This document shows, piece after piece, positions 37,801 to 47,825 of a stretch of 57,397 bases of DNA. The stretch lies in assembly GCA_003518045.1 (NCBI GenBank), contig DOZK01000020.1, positions 19,292 through 76,688 on the forward strand. The letters are read 5' to 3'. The DNA comes from Candidatus Nomurabacteria bacterium (GTDB lineage Bacteria > Patescibacteriota > Minisyncoccia > Phycocordibacterales > UBA5272). Under the pieces are notes generated by a model. That model was not told the origin of the DNA. It worked only from the letters and a program-made list of their open reading frames with translations, and did no database searches. The translations under genes were made by a program, and so were the position numbers. Positions within the stretch are counted from its first letter, which is position 1. Each line of letters starts with the position of its first letter.

Positions 37801-38463
37801 ATGAAAGGAAAGTTTATTGTAATTGAAGGAACTGACGGCTCTGGAAAAGGGACGCAAGTGAAACTTTTAATTCAGCGTTTAAAAGCCGATGGTGTTCCTG
37901 TCGAAATGGTGGACTTTCCTCAATATGAAAATCCATCGAGCTATTTTGTTGCAAAATATTTACGTGGTGAATATGGTACAGCGGAAGACGTTGGTCCATA
38001 TCGTGCATCAATGTTTTACGCACTTGATAGATATGATAAATCTTTCGAAATTAAAAAATGGTTAGACGAAGGAATATATGTGATAGCCAATAGATATGTT
38101 TCTGCGAATATGGGGCATCAAGCCGGAAAGATTGACGACTCGGTGGAGCGCGATAAATATTTAGAGTGGCTTAATAATCTTGAATATAAAATTTTTGGAA
38201 TACCTGTGCCGGACCAAACTATTTTTCTATTTGTTCCACCAGAACTTGGACAAAAAATGGTAAATCATAAAAATGAGCGTAATTATACAAATGGAAAAAA
38301 GATGGATATACATGAGGCCGATATTACTCATTTGAAAAAGGCATCTGAGGCATATATTTATGTTGCAGAAAAATATGGCTGGAGAACTATTAATTGTTCA
38401 AAAGATGGAGTAATGTTGAGCCGTGAAGTTATTAATGAAGAAATATATAATGCGATTGCTTAA
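37801..38463 (+). CDS. tmk: thymidylate kinase
   Basis: FIVIEGTDGSGKGTQ P-loop; NRY motif. Confidence 0.9.
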   Translation: MKGKFIVIEGTDGSGKGTQVKLLIQRLKADGVPVEMVDFPQYENPSSYFVAKYLRGEYGTAEDVGPYRASMFYALDRYDKSFEIKKWLDEGIYVIANRYVSANMGHQAGKIDDSVERDKYLEWLNNLEYKIFGIPVPDQTIFLFVPPELGQKMVNHKNERNYTNGKKMDIHEADITHLKKASEAYIYVAEKYGWRTINCSKDGVMLSREVINEEIYNAIA

Positions 38464-38485
38464 TTACAAAACGCACCTTCTTGTA

Positions 38486-38548
38486 TGTCATCCTGATGAA
38501 AATCAGGATCCAGTGTCCACTGGATTCCAAATCAAGTTTGGAATGACA
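38486..38548. repeat. minimal REP-like element
   Basis: TGTCATCCTGATGAAAATCAGGATCCAGTGTCCACTGGATTCCAAATCAAGTTTGGAATGACA. Confidence 0.85.
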
Positions 38549-38580
38549 CAAACACAAGTTTCCTGATTTAAAAAATATTT

Positions 38581-39003
38581 ATGTTTAAACTAAAAATTAA
38601 AATCTTAAATAAAGAGGCAAAGATACCAAGCTACGCCACAGCCGGGGATGTTGGATTGGACATGTATTCTCTCGAAGATAAAATAATGAAACCAGGCGAG
38701 CATCATATTTTCTTTGTTGGGTTTGCATTAGAGTTTCCAATTGGATATGGAGCTTTTGTGAAAGATAAGAGTGGTATCTCAAAAGCCGGGCTACATACTA
38801 TGGGTGGTGTATATGATGCAGGGTATCGCGGAGAATATAATGTTCATCTTGTAAATTTAAGCGACAAAGATTATGAGATAAAAAAGGGAAACAAAATTGC
38901 GCAACTAGTTATTTTGTCGGTAGAGCTTCCAGAAATTGAAATAGTTGATGAACTTTCAGAGTCAAAAAGAGGAGAGGGAAGGTTTGGGAGTACGGGGAAA
39001 TAG
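38581..39003 (+). CDS. dut: dUTPase
   Basis: GD.GLD, KSG, GGV.DAGYRGE, IAQLV, RGEGRFGSTG. Confidence 0.95.
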   Translation: MFKLKIKILNKEAKIPSYATAGDVGLDMYSLEDKIMKPGEHHIFFVGFALEFPIGYGAFVKDKSGISKAGLHTMGGVYDAGYRGEYNVHLVNLSDKDYEIKKGNKIAQLVILSVELPEIEIVDELSESKRGEGRFGSTGK

Positions 39004-39072
39004 TTATAAATTACAAAATAATACAAGCACGATTGTGAAGAATAGACTTGTCGTAGATAATTATTCTTAATA

Positions 39073-39612
39073 TTAAGAACGGTCGTTTATTTCTTGTTGA
39101 CTCTTTTTATATTTTTCAAATAAATCAACCAAAGTTAAAAACTCACCCAAGCATTCTCTCCTTTTCTTTAAGAATGTTATAGTAATTTCTGAAATAAAAA
39201 GATTTTCCAAGTCTAAATATTCTCCAGCTTCTTTGTATTTTTTTAGAATATCTTTTGCTTTATTTTTATTATAGCCTGCAGAATAAGCGTCTGAGTTATT
39301 CAAGGTATTTAATATTACACACTCTAAATACGGAGATATTTCAATTAAGGTGATTTTATTTTCTAAAGCCTTTAATCTCAACTCATCTGATATTTTAGGT
39401 GTGGCATCTACTACACAATATTTTTCGTATTCACCAAGTACATTAATACATTTTCGTAAAACTTCTTCAGCCGAGCCACCTTGCCCACCTTGGACTGAAA
39501 ACTGTCTGTTACAACCATAAGCAACTTTAATCGCATTAACAAAATACTTATCAGACACACCCTCACAATAAATTAATATCTGTGGGGTATAGATTTTTTT
39601 AGATATGCTCAT
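39073..39612 (-). CDS. RloB-like (TOPRIM-fold) protein
   Basis: ILIYCEG.SD..F, CVVD, SP.LE motifs; paired with an upstream AAA ATPase. Confidence 0.65.
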   Translation of the reverse strand: MSISKKIYTPQILIYCEGVSDKYFVNAIKVAYGCNRQFSVQGGQGGSAEEVLRKCINVLGEYEKYCVVDATPKISDELRLKALENKITLIEISPYLECVILNTLNNSDAYSAGYNKNKAKDILKKYKEAGEYLDLENLFISEITITFLKKRRECLGEFLTLVDLFEKYKKSQQEINDRS

Positions 39613-39618
39613 AAATTA

Positions 39619-40824
39619 TTATAATTTAGGAACGCCACCGTAATAGCCAGAAATATACCTGTTGTAGAAATTTTCTCCATTTCTAACATCTGAGCCAAAA
39701 TCATCAAGTCTACTTAATTCGGTTGCCCCGTCATCATTTTTCTCAGCTATGAATATTTGGTATTTATCTAACATATTCATGACGCTATGTGAATGAGAGC
39801 TGAATAATAGTTGGGCATTATTGACGTTCTTTTCTTCGTCCAAAAAGAGACTAACTAGTTCTGTGACTATTCTCGGGTGAAGATATGCATCCAGTTCATC
39901 TATAATTACAGGTGTTCCCTTCTGAAGAGCTGAAACAATTAAACGTAAATGTCCAATTAGTTTCTGTGTCCCTCTCGATGCGTCAGCCATATCACTTTCA
40001 TAAATTTTTCCTTTGAAAATATGTTTTTCCTTACTACTTTTTAATGAAAATTGGTTTGGGGATATCTCTGTTTTTTCGATAAACACCTCTTCAAGGCCTA
40101 AGTCATATTTTCTTAGAATTTCCTCAACATTACCCTTTAATTTTTTATCATTATCTAAAGCTATTAAATCAACGATACCGTTACTGTCAAAATTCCATCC
40201 AATAGATGGAACATTTGTTGAAACATTCCTCCAGTAGTTAGTAAGCTCAACTAATAGGGGAATATTTAAGATTACACCAATACTAAAGATGCTAATGTCA
40301 CTTCTTTGGACAATATCAATTTCAGTCGGGAAACCTTTAAGATTTGATTTTATTAAATACTTAGCAAGCTCACCGCTAAACTCTCTAGAAAAGACAGTGG
40401 CCGTACCAGTTTTAATTGTCGCGTCCTTTGTTTGTTTTAGGATTTCACTTAAAATCTTATCTCTTGATAAAGAGATGTTATATTCGTATCTAGTATTATC
40501 TTTTTCAAAGACTATTTCAAAACTTGTGATTTCCTCACTATCAAAAAATTTTTTGTATAAGTTTTTGAAAGCAGTGTTTTCTTGTTTTAAGATTAAAGAT
40601 TGTAAGAACGCAAAAGCTTTGAGTATATTTGTTTTACCCGATGCATTTGCCCCAACCAGCATTCCTAATTTGGATACTCTATCTATAACAGAATTGGAAT
40701 ATCCAAAATTGTCAGGAGCCTGTTTGCCTACTGACAGATTAAGAACCTGCTCATTTTTTATTGAATAAAAATTACGTACTTTTAATGAAATTATCATATA
40801 TTTATTGTCGTGTAATTGTATCAA
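39619..40824 (-). CDS. AAA/ABC-type ATPase (RloA-like)
   Basis: NFYSI, GANASGKT Walker A, S.GT signature, IIDELDAYLHP, AQLLFSSH, Y..G.YGGVP. Confidence 0.85.
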   Translation of the reverse strand: MIQLHDNKYMIISLKVRNFYSIKNEQVLNLSVGKQAPDNFGYSNSVIDRVSKLGMLVGANASGKTNILKAFAFLQSLILKQENTAFKNLYKKFFDSEEITSFEIVFEKDNTRYEYNISLSRDKILSEILKQTKDATIKTGTATVFSREFSGELAKYLIKSNLKGFPTEIDIVQRSDISIFSIGVILNIPLLVELTNYWRNVSTNVPSIGWNFDSNGIVDLIALDNDKKLKGNVEEILRKYDLGLEEVFIEKTEISPNQFSLKSSKEKHIFKGKIYESDMADASRGTQKLIGHLRLIVSALQKGTPVIIDELDAYLHPRIVTELVSLFLDEEKNVNNAQLLFSSHSHSVMNMLDKYQIFIAEKNDDGATELSRLDDFGSDVRNGENFYNRYISGYYGGVPKL

Positions 40825-40939
40825 ATTATTATAAAAAAGTCAATTAATTGTAAAAACCATGTAACTTATTGACTTTTTTAGGTATATTTTATAACTTTTC
40901 TCTTAAATCTTGTGGATTATTTGTAGAGTTAAATTGAAA

Positions 40940-41788
40940 TTAATCTCGTAGATTATATGCTTGCAATAAATTTTCAAACAATGAAACAATAGTCATTGGT
41001 CCAACACCACCTGGTACTGGACTTATCGCATCTGCTTTTTCAGAAATTGATGATAATAAAACATCACCTGAAACTTTATTATCTTCTCCTACAGTTATTC
41101 CAACATCGACTATTACACAATTTTCTTTTATATATTCTTCTTTAATTAAATTAGGCTGACCGATAGCAACAATTAAAATATCAGCTGATTTCGTAATCGA
41201 AGCTAAATCTTTTGTGTGACTATGACAAATAGTTACAGTTGCGTTTCTATTTATGGAAGCAAGAGCCGTTGGTTTTCCAACAAGAGATGATCTGCCGACT
41301 ACCACAACATTTTTTCCATCGAGCGAGATATTATAATTAGAAAGTAAAGTAAAAATGCCTTTTGTAGTTGCAGGTAAAATTATTTCATTATTTTCATAAA
41401 CATGACGAAGATTAAATGAAGTCATTCCATCGACGTCTTTTTTAGGATCTATTGCATCTAATATTATCCAAGGACGAATAGTTTTAGGAAGAGGAAGCTG
41501 AACAATTATTCCATGTACCGAAGCATCACTGCTAAAGCTATTTATATTTTTAACTAAATCATTCTCTGTAATGTTATCTTCATATTGTGTGTGGGTAACA
41601 GTAGCTCCGACACGAGTGGCGAATAGTTTTTTGTATTGTATATATTTTGTAGAAGCAGGATTATTCCCTACTTGAATAATCACTAAATGTGGCTTAGTAG
41701 AAAGCTCGGAGATTTTTGTTGAAAGAATTTGTTCATGTTCCTTTGCAACTTCAGTCCCGTTTAATATTGTGAGAGGTTTGTTATTCAT
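40940..41788 (-). CDS. folD: methylenetetrahydrofolate dehydrogenase/cyclohydrolase
   Basis: GIIVQLPLP, KDVDG, VGRS.LVGKP, PVPGGVGPMT. Confidence 0.96.
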   Translation of the reverse strand: MNNKPLTILNGTEVAKEHEQILSTKISELSTKPHLVIIQVGNNPASTKYIQYKKLFATRVGATVTHTQYEDNITENDLVKNINSFSSDASVHGIIVQLPLPKTIRPWIILDAIDPKKDVDGMTSFNLRHVYENNEIILPATTKGIFTLLSNYNISLDGKNVVVVGRSSLVGKPTALASINRNATVTICHSHTKDLASITKSADILIVAIGQPNLIKEEYIKENCVIVDVGITVGEDNKVSGDVLLSSISEKADAISPVPGGVGPMTIVSLFENLLQAYNLRD

Positions 41789-41860
41789 ATTGCCAACAAT
41801 AACACAAAAGATTGTATTTGATAAGTTCGTTTTTCATAAAAAATGCGTTAGTATAGAGAT

Positions 41861-43576
41861 ATGAATTCCTACAAAGATATATTTGAAGTGCTTAAAAGTA
41901 AGGTAAGTGAGGGTGCTGTCTTTTCTTTATCTCAACCAGAAGATGCTCTGCATGGTGATTTTGCAACGAATATTTCTTTTATTCTTGCGAAAGACAAAGG
42001 TGGCTCTCCAAAATCTGTAGCTGAAGAATTGGTACCCGTTTTACAAGAAGAACTAATTGATATTGTAGAAAAGATAGAAGTAGCTGGTCCGGGGTTTATT
42101 AATTTCTTTTTGAAAGATGAAATTAGAACAGATGAAGTCAAAGAATTAGCAGAAGGGGCTGTTGTAATTTCTGAAAATAAAGGAAAGGTAATGGTGGAAT
42201 ATACTGACCCAAATTGTTTTAAAGTTTTTCATATTGGACACTTGATGGCAAATGCAATAGGGGAAGCAACTGCAAGATTATATGAGGCAAGTGGTTATGA
42301 TGTCATGAGAGTTTGTTATCCATCAGATATTGGTAGAAATGTTGCTATGGGTGTTTGGGGTGTAATGCAAAAAGAAAATGAAAAACCAAAAGCTGATGCA
42401 GAACTTAAAGATAAGATTTCCTTTTTGGGAATGTGTTATGCCTTTGCAAATGGTGAATTTGAAAGTAATGAAAAATCAAAAGCATCCATTGCAGAAGTTA
42501 ATAAAGCAATTTACGAAGGAACTGACCTGCCTACCGGCGAGGCAGGCGTAAAAGTTATGGAAGTGTATGCGGAGGGGAGAGCCTTATCATTAGAATATTT
42601 TGATAAACTTTATGAAAAATTAGGAACGACTTTTGATAAAACTATTTTTGAATCTGAAGTTGCAGAACCTGGGGCAGAAATTGTAAAAGCAAATATGGGA
42701 AAAATATTTGAAGAGTCAGATGGTGCTGTTGTTTATAAAGGGGAGCAAGATGGATTACATACGAGAGTATTTTTAACAACACAAGGACTTCCAACATATG
42801 AAGCAAAAGAGTTAGGAAATTATGAAAAGAAATTAGAGAGTTTACCCGAGGCTTCTTTTTATGTAGTTATTACTGCGAATGAACAAAATGAATATTTTAA
42901 AGTTGTAAATAAAGTTACACAAAAAATTCATCCAGAATTAACAGATAAACTTGTACATATTGGACACGGCATGATGAGACTACCATCGGGAAAGATGGCA
43001 TCACGAACTGGAAATGTTATTGGAGCGGAAGATTTGCTAGATATGATTACTGAAAAGCTAAAAGAAAAATTGGCTGATAAAGTTGTAGCATTTTCGGATA
43101 GCACACAATTATTAAATGATATTGCGGTTGGTGCGATAAAGTTTTCTATTTTAAAACAAGCCCCAGGCGGAGATATTGTTTTTGATTTTGATAAATCAAT
43201 TTCTTTTGAAGGGGACTCAGGGCCATATTTGCAATATACTCACGCGAGAATTTGTACGCTTTTAGAAAAGGCGAAAGAAGCAGATATAAATACAGAATCT
43301 TATGTTGTCGAAAATCCTGAAAGAGAATTAGAGCAAGTTTTAATTGGTTACAGGCAGACGCTCGAAAAATCTTTTAAAGATTTAGGTCCGCATCATATTG
43401 TTCAATATTTACTTTCACTTACAAGAGCATTCAATGCTATGTACGGACGTACACAAATTGTTGATGTGAATAATAAAGAGAAGAGTGCTTATTATGTGAT
43501 GCTTGCAACTGCTACACAAAAGATTTTAGCTCATGGTTTGCATACGTTAGGAATTAAAGCCCCAGAGAGAATGTGA
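41861..43576 (+). CDS. argS: arginyl-tRNA synthetase
   Basis: AGPGFINF, HIGH, KMASRTG, GPYLQYTHAR, APERM C-terminus. Confidence 0.96.
   Translation: MNSYKDIFEVLKSKVSEGAVFSLSQPEDALHGDFATNISFILAKDKGGSPKSVAEELVPVLQEELIDIVEKIEVAGPGFINFFLKDEIRTDEVKELAEGAVVISENKGKVMVEYTDPNCFKVFHIGHLMANAIGEATARLYEASGYDVMRVCYPSDIGRNVAMGVWGVMQKENEKPKADAELKDKISFLGMCYAFANGEFESNEKSKASIAEVNKAIYEGTDLPTGEAGVKVMEVYAEGRALSLEYFDKLYEKLGTTFDKTIFESEVAEPGAEIVKANMGKIFEESDGAVVYKGEQDGLHTRVFLTTQGLPTYEAKELGNYEKKLESLPEASFYVVITANEQNEYFKVVNKVTQKIHPELTDKLVHIGHGMMRLPSGKMASRTGNVIGAEDLLDMITEKLKEKLADKVVAFSDSTQLLNDIAVGAIKFSILKQAPGGDIVFDFDKSISFEGDSGPYLQYTHARICTLLEKAKEADINTESYVVENPERELEQVLIGYRQTLEKSFKDLGPHHIVQYLLSLTRAFNAMYGRTQIVDVNNKEKSAYYVMLATATQKILAHGLHTLGIKAPERM
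42526..42546. repeat. 21-nt palindromic repeat inserted in frame in argS
   Basis: CCTGCCTACCGGCGAGGCAGG; near-identical to intergenic copies at 1320, 1371, 29088 and 47454. Confidence 0.8.
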
Positions 43577-43705
43577 TTTCTCGCCAGGGACAAAGAGCGA
43601 GAAATAATCCAGCCACACTGTGTGTGGCTGGGTAAATTTTGTATTTTTGAAAATTGGAAATTGATAATTGAAAATTTTGTAATTCCGTTGTATTATAAAG
43701 ATATA

Positions 43706-43874
43706 GCATCGACGGGACTAATCACCCCAGAGCACGGGAAGAAATCCGCAAGGAAAGTAGAACCCATTTAACGAGGGGATAGAAATATCCTGAATACAAG
43801 GTGGTACCACGAATTAAAAAATCGTCCTTGGAAAACAATAATCAAAAAGTATTGTTTTCTGTGGACGATTTTTT
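43706..43874 (+). promoter_or_regulatory. T-box riboswitch (Ile, ultrashort stem I) controlling ileS
   Basis: AUC specifier at 43721-43723 in a short stem I; AGTA/GAA stem II; T-box AAGGTGGTACCACG at 43798-43811; terminator arms 43816-43827 and 43863-43874. Confidence 0.85.
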
Positions 43875-43883
43875 ATATAATTT

Positions 43884-46800
43884 ATGAACGAAAACAACAA
43901 ACAAAAAACAATATCAGAAAAAGAGCAAGAGATTTTAAATTTCTGGCAGGAAAATAAAATCTTTGAAAAATCAATTGAAACTCCAGCTGGTGAAAAAGCC
44001 AAAGGAGATTTCTCTTTTTATGATGGCCCACCATTTGCAACAGGGCTACCACACTTTGGCCATATTCTTGCGGGAACAATAAAAGATGCAATTCCTCGTT
44101 ATCAAACGATGAATGGTAAAAGTGTTCGTCGTAAATGGGGATGGGACTGCCACGGTCTTCCAATTGAAAATTTGATTGAGAAAAAATTAGGACTAAAAAG
44201 TAAAAAAGATATTGAAGATTTTGGTGTTGGAAAATTTAATAAAGATGCGAATGACAGTGTTCTTCAATATGAAGAAGAGTGGAAAAAAGTAATGCCAAGA
44301 TTAGGCAGATGGGCAGATATGGAACATCCATATAAAACAATGGACGCGACTTATACAGAAAGTATTTGGTGGTCATGGAAAACTTTATATGAAAAAGGTC
44401 TTGCTTATGAGGGGAATAAAATGATGCATATTTGTCCACGTTGTGAGACGCCACTTGCTCAATCAGAAGTTGGTCTTGAATATCATGATGTTACGGATTT
44501 ATCTGTAACAGCAAAGTTTGAACTAGTAGATGAGCCGGGGACTTTTGTTTTAGCGTGGACTACAACGCCGTGGACATTACCAGGAAATGTAGCTCTTGCT
44601 CTCAGTAAAGACGCCGAGTATGTAAAAGTCTTATCAAAAGAAGAGGGGAGTACAGAGCAAGAAGTAAGTAAATACATTGTTGCAAAAAGTCGACTAGAGG
44701 AGGTTTTTAAGGGTAAGGAATATGAAATAGTTGAAGAATTTAAAGGAGAGAAATTAGTTGGCAAATCATATAAACCACTATTCCCATATTTTGAAGATAA
44801 AGAAATTGAGAATAAAGAAAATATTTGGAAAATTTGGCATGCGGATTTTATTACTCTTGATACCGGTACTGGTATTGCTCATGAAGCACCAGCATTCGGT
44901 GCGGAAGATATGGAACTTGCAAAGGCAAATAATATTCCTGTAATTAAGCATGTAAAAATGGATGGAACTTTTACAGCGGACGTTACAGATTTTGCTGGAA
45001 TGAAAGTAAAAGTAAAAGATGATACTCAATCGGCTGACATTGAAATAATAAAATGGCTAGCACACAATGGAGAACTTTTTGAAAAGCATAAAATAATTCA
45101 CTCATACCCACTTTGTTGGAGATGTAAAACCCCGTTACTTAACTATGCGACATCAAGTTGGTTTGTTGATGTTCCAAAAATGAAAGATAGATTAATTGAA
45201 GAAAATAAAAAAATTATTTGGGTGCCAGAGCATATTCGAGATGGGCGATTTGGAAAATGGCTAGAGGGTGCGCGTGAATGGGCGGTCTCACGTACTCGTT
45301 ATTGGGGTGCGCCACTTCCAGTTTGGAAAAATGAAGATGGGGAGATGATTATAATTGGCTCTTTAAAAGAATTAGCTGAGAAAAATAAACAACAACCAAA
45401 AAATATTTATTATGTAATGCGTCATGGAGAAGCCGAAAGTAATGTAGCAGGGATAATTGACTCAGATGGAAGTGAAACTAATAATCTTACAGAAAAAGGA
45501 ATAGCACAGGCAAAACTAAGCGCAGAAAATCTTAAAGATAAAAATATTGATGTGATTTTTACTTCGCCATTTTTAAGAACAAAGAAAACAGCAAAAATAG
45601 TTTCAGATATTTTAGGTGGTGTTGAAATTATTGAAGATATGCGTCTTAAGGAAGTCAATGTAGGTATTTATGACAAAAGAAAAGTGTCTGACTATTTGAA
45701 AGAAGTTGGAAAATTAAAATATCTTACACTGGATAATCGTGTTAAAGGAGGGGAAACACACAGAGAGGTTATGAATCGTATGGTGCAGGTGTTTATGGAA
45801 ATGGAAGAAAAATATGAAGGGAAAAATATTTTATTTGTTACCCACGGTGGGCCAGCCAGGATGTTTGTAGCTGGTGCGCATAATCTTACAGAAGAAGAAT
45901 TACTTATTGATGAAGCAACTGATGAAGCAAAACTTTATCCAAAAAACGCAGAAGTTGTAAAAGTCTCGCCATTAATAATTCCTCGTGATGAAACTGGGGC
46001 TGTTAATCTTCATCGTCCTTATATTGATAACACTGAACTATTAGTTGATGGGAAAACATATAAACGTATTCCGGATGTATTTGATTGTTGGTATGAATCA
46101 GGTTCAATGCCATTTGCTCAACTTCACTATCCGTTTGAAAATAAAGAAATTTTTGCAAAAAATTATCCGGCAGATTTTATTGCCGAAGGTTTAGACCAAA
46201 CACGCGGATGGTTTTATTCACTTATCAATTTAGGTGTAGGATTATTTGATAAAGCTCCGTATAAACATGTGGCAGTGAATGGACTTATTATGGCAGAGAC
46301 GGGTATGAAGTTATCAAAGAGTGAGAAAAATTATACAGACCCAATGGAGCTTGTAGAAAAGTATGGGGCGGACTCTATGCGTTACGCACTGTTATCTAGT
46401 CCAGTTGTAAAAGGGGAGAATTTACTTTTTGGTGATGATATTGTTTCTGATATTTATAAAAAGTTAGTTTCTCGATTATTAAACGTGCTTTCATTATATG
46501 AAATGAATAAGCCTGAAAATGTTATTGCAAAAAATACATCAAGTGATGTATTAGATAGATGGATGATTTCTAGGGTGCATGAATTATTGCGTGATGCGAC
46601 AAAAGGATATGACTCATATAAATTAGATGAAGCGACTCGTGGGACAGGAGATTTAATCGATGATATTTCTGTTTGGTATACAAGAAGATCACGCGAAAGA
46701 TTAAAGGGTGATATGGGTGAGGAAAGTCAAATGCGTGCTTACGTTACTTTGACTTATGTATTACAAACATTAGCAAAAACTATGGCACCAGTTATGCCAT

Positions 46801-47345
46801 TCACTGCTGAAATTGTTTATAAAGCTTTAAATGGTGAAAGAGAGTCTGTCCATCTTGAAAGTTGGCCAACAGTTGGAGTTATTGAAGATGAAGTTATAAA
46901 AGAAATGAAAAATGTAAGAGATATAGTTACGGTTGCTCTTTCACTTCGAACACAATCTAAAATCGCAGTTCGTCAGCCACTTCAAAAAATTACTCTGAAA
47001 GATGAGATAAAAAGCGAGTATCACCAAATAATTTTGGACGAACTTAATGTTAAAGAAATCGCATTTGCTAATTCTTTAACTGAGGTCTGCGTATTAGATA
47101 CAGAAATTACTGAAGAATTAAAATTAGAAGGGGACGTGAGAAATCTTATGCGTGCCGTACAAGATGCTCGTAAAGAAAAAGGATTAACTCCGCAAGATTC
47201 TATTATTCTTTTGACAGATTATTCTGTGCCAGAAAAGTTTAAAGAAGTATTAATGAATACTTGTAAAATTAGTGAAATAAAAGGAGGAAGCGGAAAATAC
47301 AAAGCTGAGACCGGAGTAGGGGAGGTGTCGTTTGATATAAATTAA
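43884..47345 (+). CDS. ileS: isoleucyl-tRNA synthetase with an inserted histidine-phosphatase domain
   Basis: DGPPFATGLPHFGH, WTTTPWTLP, KLSKS; RHG...THGG phosphatase insert at about 45400-45980. Confidence 0.95.
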   Translation: MNENNKQKTISEKEQEILNFWQENKIFEKSIETPAGEKAKGDFSFYDGPPFATGLPHFGHILAGTIKDAIPRYQTMNGKSVRRKWGWDCHGLPIENLIEKKLGLKSKKDIEDFGVGKFNKDANDSVLQYEEEWKKVMPRLGRWADMEHPYKTMDATYTESIWWSWKTLYEKGLAYEGNKMMHICPRCETPLAQSEVGLEYHDVTDLSVTAKFELVDEPGTFVLAWTTTPWTLPGNVALALSKDAEYVKVLSKEEGSTEQEVSKYIVAKSRLEEVFKGKEYEIVEEFKGEKLVGKSYKPLFPYFEDKEIENKENIWKIWHADFITLDTGTGIAHEAPAFGAEDMELAKANNIPVIKHVKMDGTFTADVTDFAGMKVKVKDDTQSADIEIIKWLAHNGELFEKHKIIHSYPLCWRCKTPLLNYATSSWFVDVPKMKDRLIEENKKIIWVPEHIRDGRFGKWLEGAREWAVSRTRYWGAPLPVWKNEDGEMIIIGSLKELAEKNKQQPKNIYYVMRHGEAESNVAGIIDSDGSETNNLTEKGIAQAKLSAENLKDKNIDVIFTSPFLRTKKTAKIVSDILGGVEIIEDMRLKEVNVGIYDKRKVSDYLKEVGKLKYLTLDNRVKGGETHREVMNRMVQVFMEMEEKYEGKNILFVTHGGPARMFVAGAHNLTEEELLIDEATDEAKLYPKNAEVVKVSPLIIPRDETGAVNLHRPYIDNTELLVDGKTYKRIPDVFDCWYESGSMPFAQLHYPFENKEIFAKNYPADFIAEGLDQTRGWFYSLINLGVGLFDKAPYKHVAVNGLIMAETGMKLSKSEKNYTDPMELVEKYGADSMRYALLSSPVVKGENLLFGDDIVSDIYKKLVSRLLNVLSLYEMNKPENVIAKNTSSDVLDRWMISRVHELLRDATKGYDSYKLDEATRGTGDLIDDISVWYTRRSRERLKGDMGEESQMRAYVTLTYVLQTLAKTMAPVMPFTAEIVYKALNGERESVHLESWPTVGVIEDEVIKEMKNVRDIVTVALSLRTQSKIAVRQPLQKITLKDEIKSEYHQIILDELNVKEIAFANSLTEVCVLDTEITEELKLEGDVRNLMRAVQDARKEKGLTPQDSIILLTDYSVPEKFKEVLMNTCKISEIKGGSGKYKAETGVGEVSFDIN

Positions 47346-47397
47346 TTATTCTTCAGTTTTTCACTGGACCAATTCTTAATTACAAAACTCCAACGCA

Positions 47398-47498
47398 TGT
47401 CATTCCAAACTTGATTTGGAATCCAGTGTCCACTGAAATTATAAGGCACTGGACCCGCCTTGCCGGCGAGGCAGGTCCTGATTTTCATCAGGATGACA
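47398..47498. repeat. REP-like element with nested palindrome
   Basis: Same arms as the 28994 copy; CCCGCCTTGCCGGCGAGGCAGG inserted after CTGGA. Confidence 0.85.
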
Positions 47499-47574
47499 CG
47501 GGGAAACATTGGTGTCGTAATTGCCTTAAAAGTAAAGAAGTTGCAATTCTATATGTTTTTGTTACTATGAAAAT

Positions 47575-47820
47575 ATGAGTAAAATAACATTAAAAAATAA
47601 CAGAGAATATACTGCTTTTTTTGAGGAAAATGAACTCGGAGGATATACAATTACTGTGCCTGCACTTCCTGGGCTTGTTACAGAAGCAAAAGATATGAAG
47701 CAAGCAAAGGTTGTGTTACAAGATGCCATTACTTGTTATATTGAGGGGCTAAAGAAATCAAAAGTAGAAATACCAAAAGAAAGTTTTGTTGCAAGTATGC
47801 GTTTGCAGTTTGCTGTGTAA
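47575..47820 (+). CDS. hicB: HicB-family antitoxin
   Basis: E.GGY..TVP.LPGL.T......A......AI..YIE. Confidence 0.88.
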   Translation: MSKITLKNNREYTAFFEENELGGYTITVPALPGLVTEAKDMKQAKVVLQDAITCYIEGLKKSKVEIPKESFVASMRLQFAV

Positions 47821-47825
47821 TTCGT

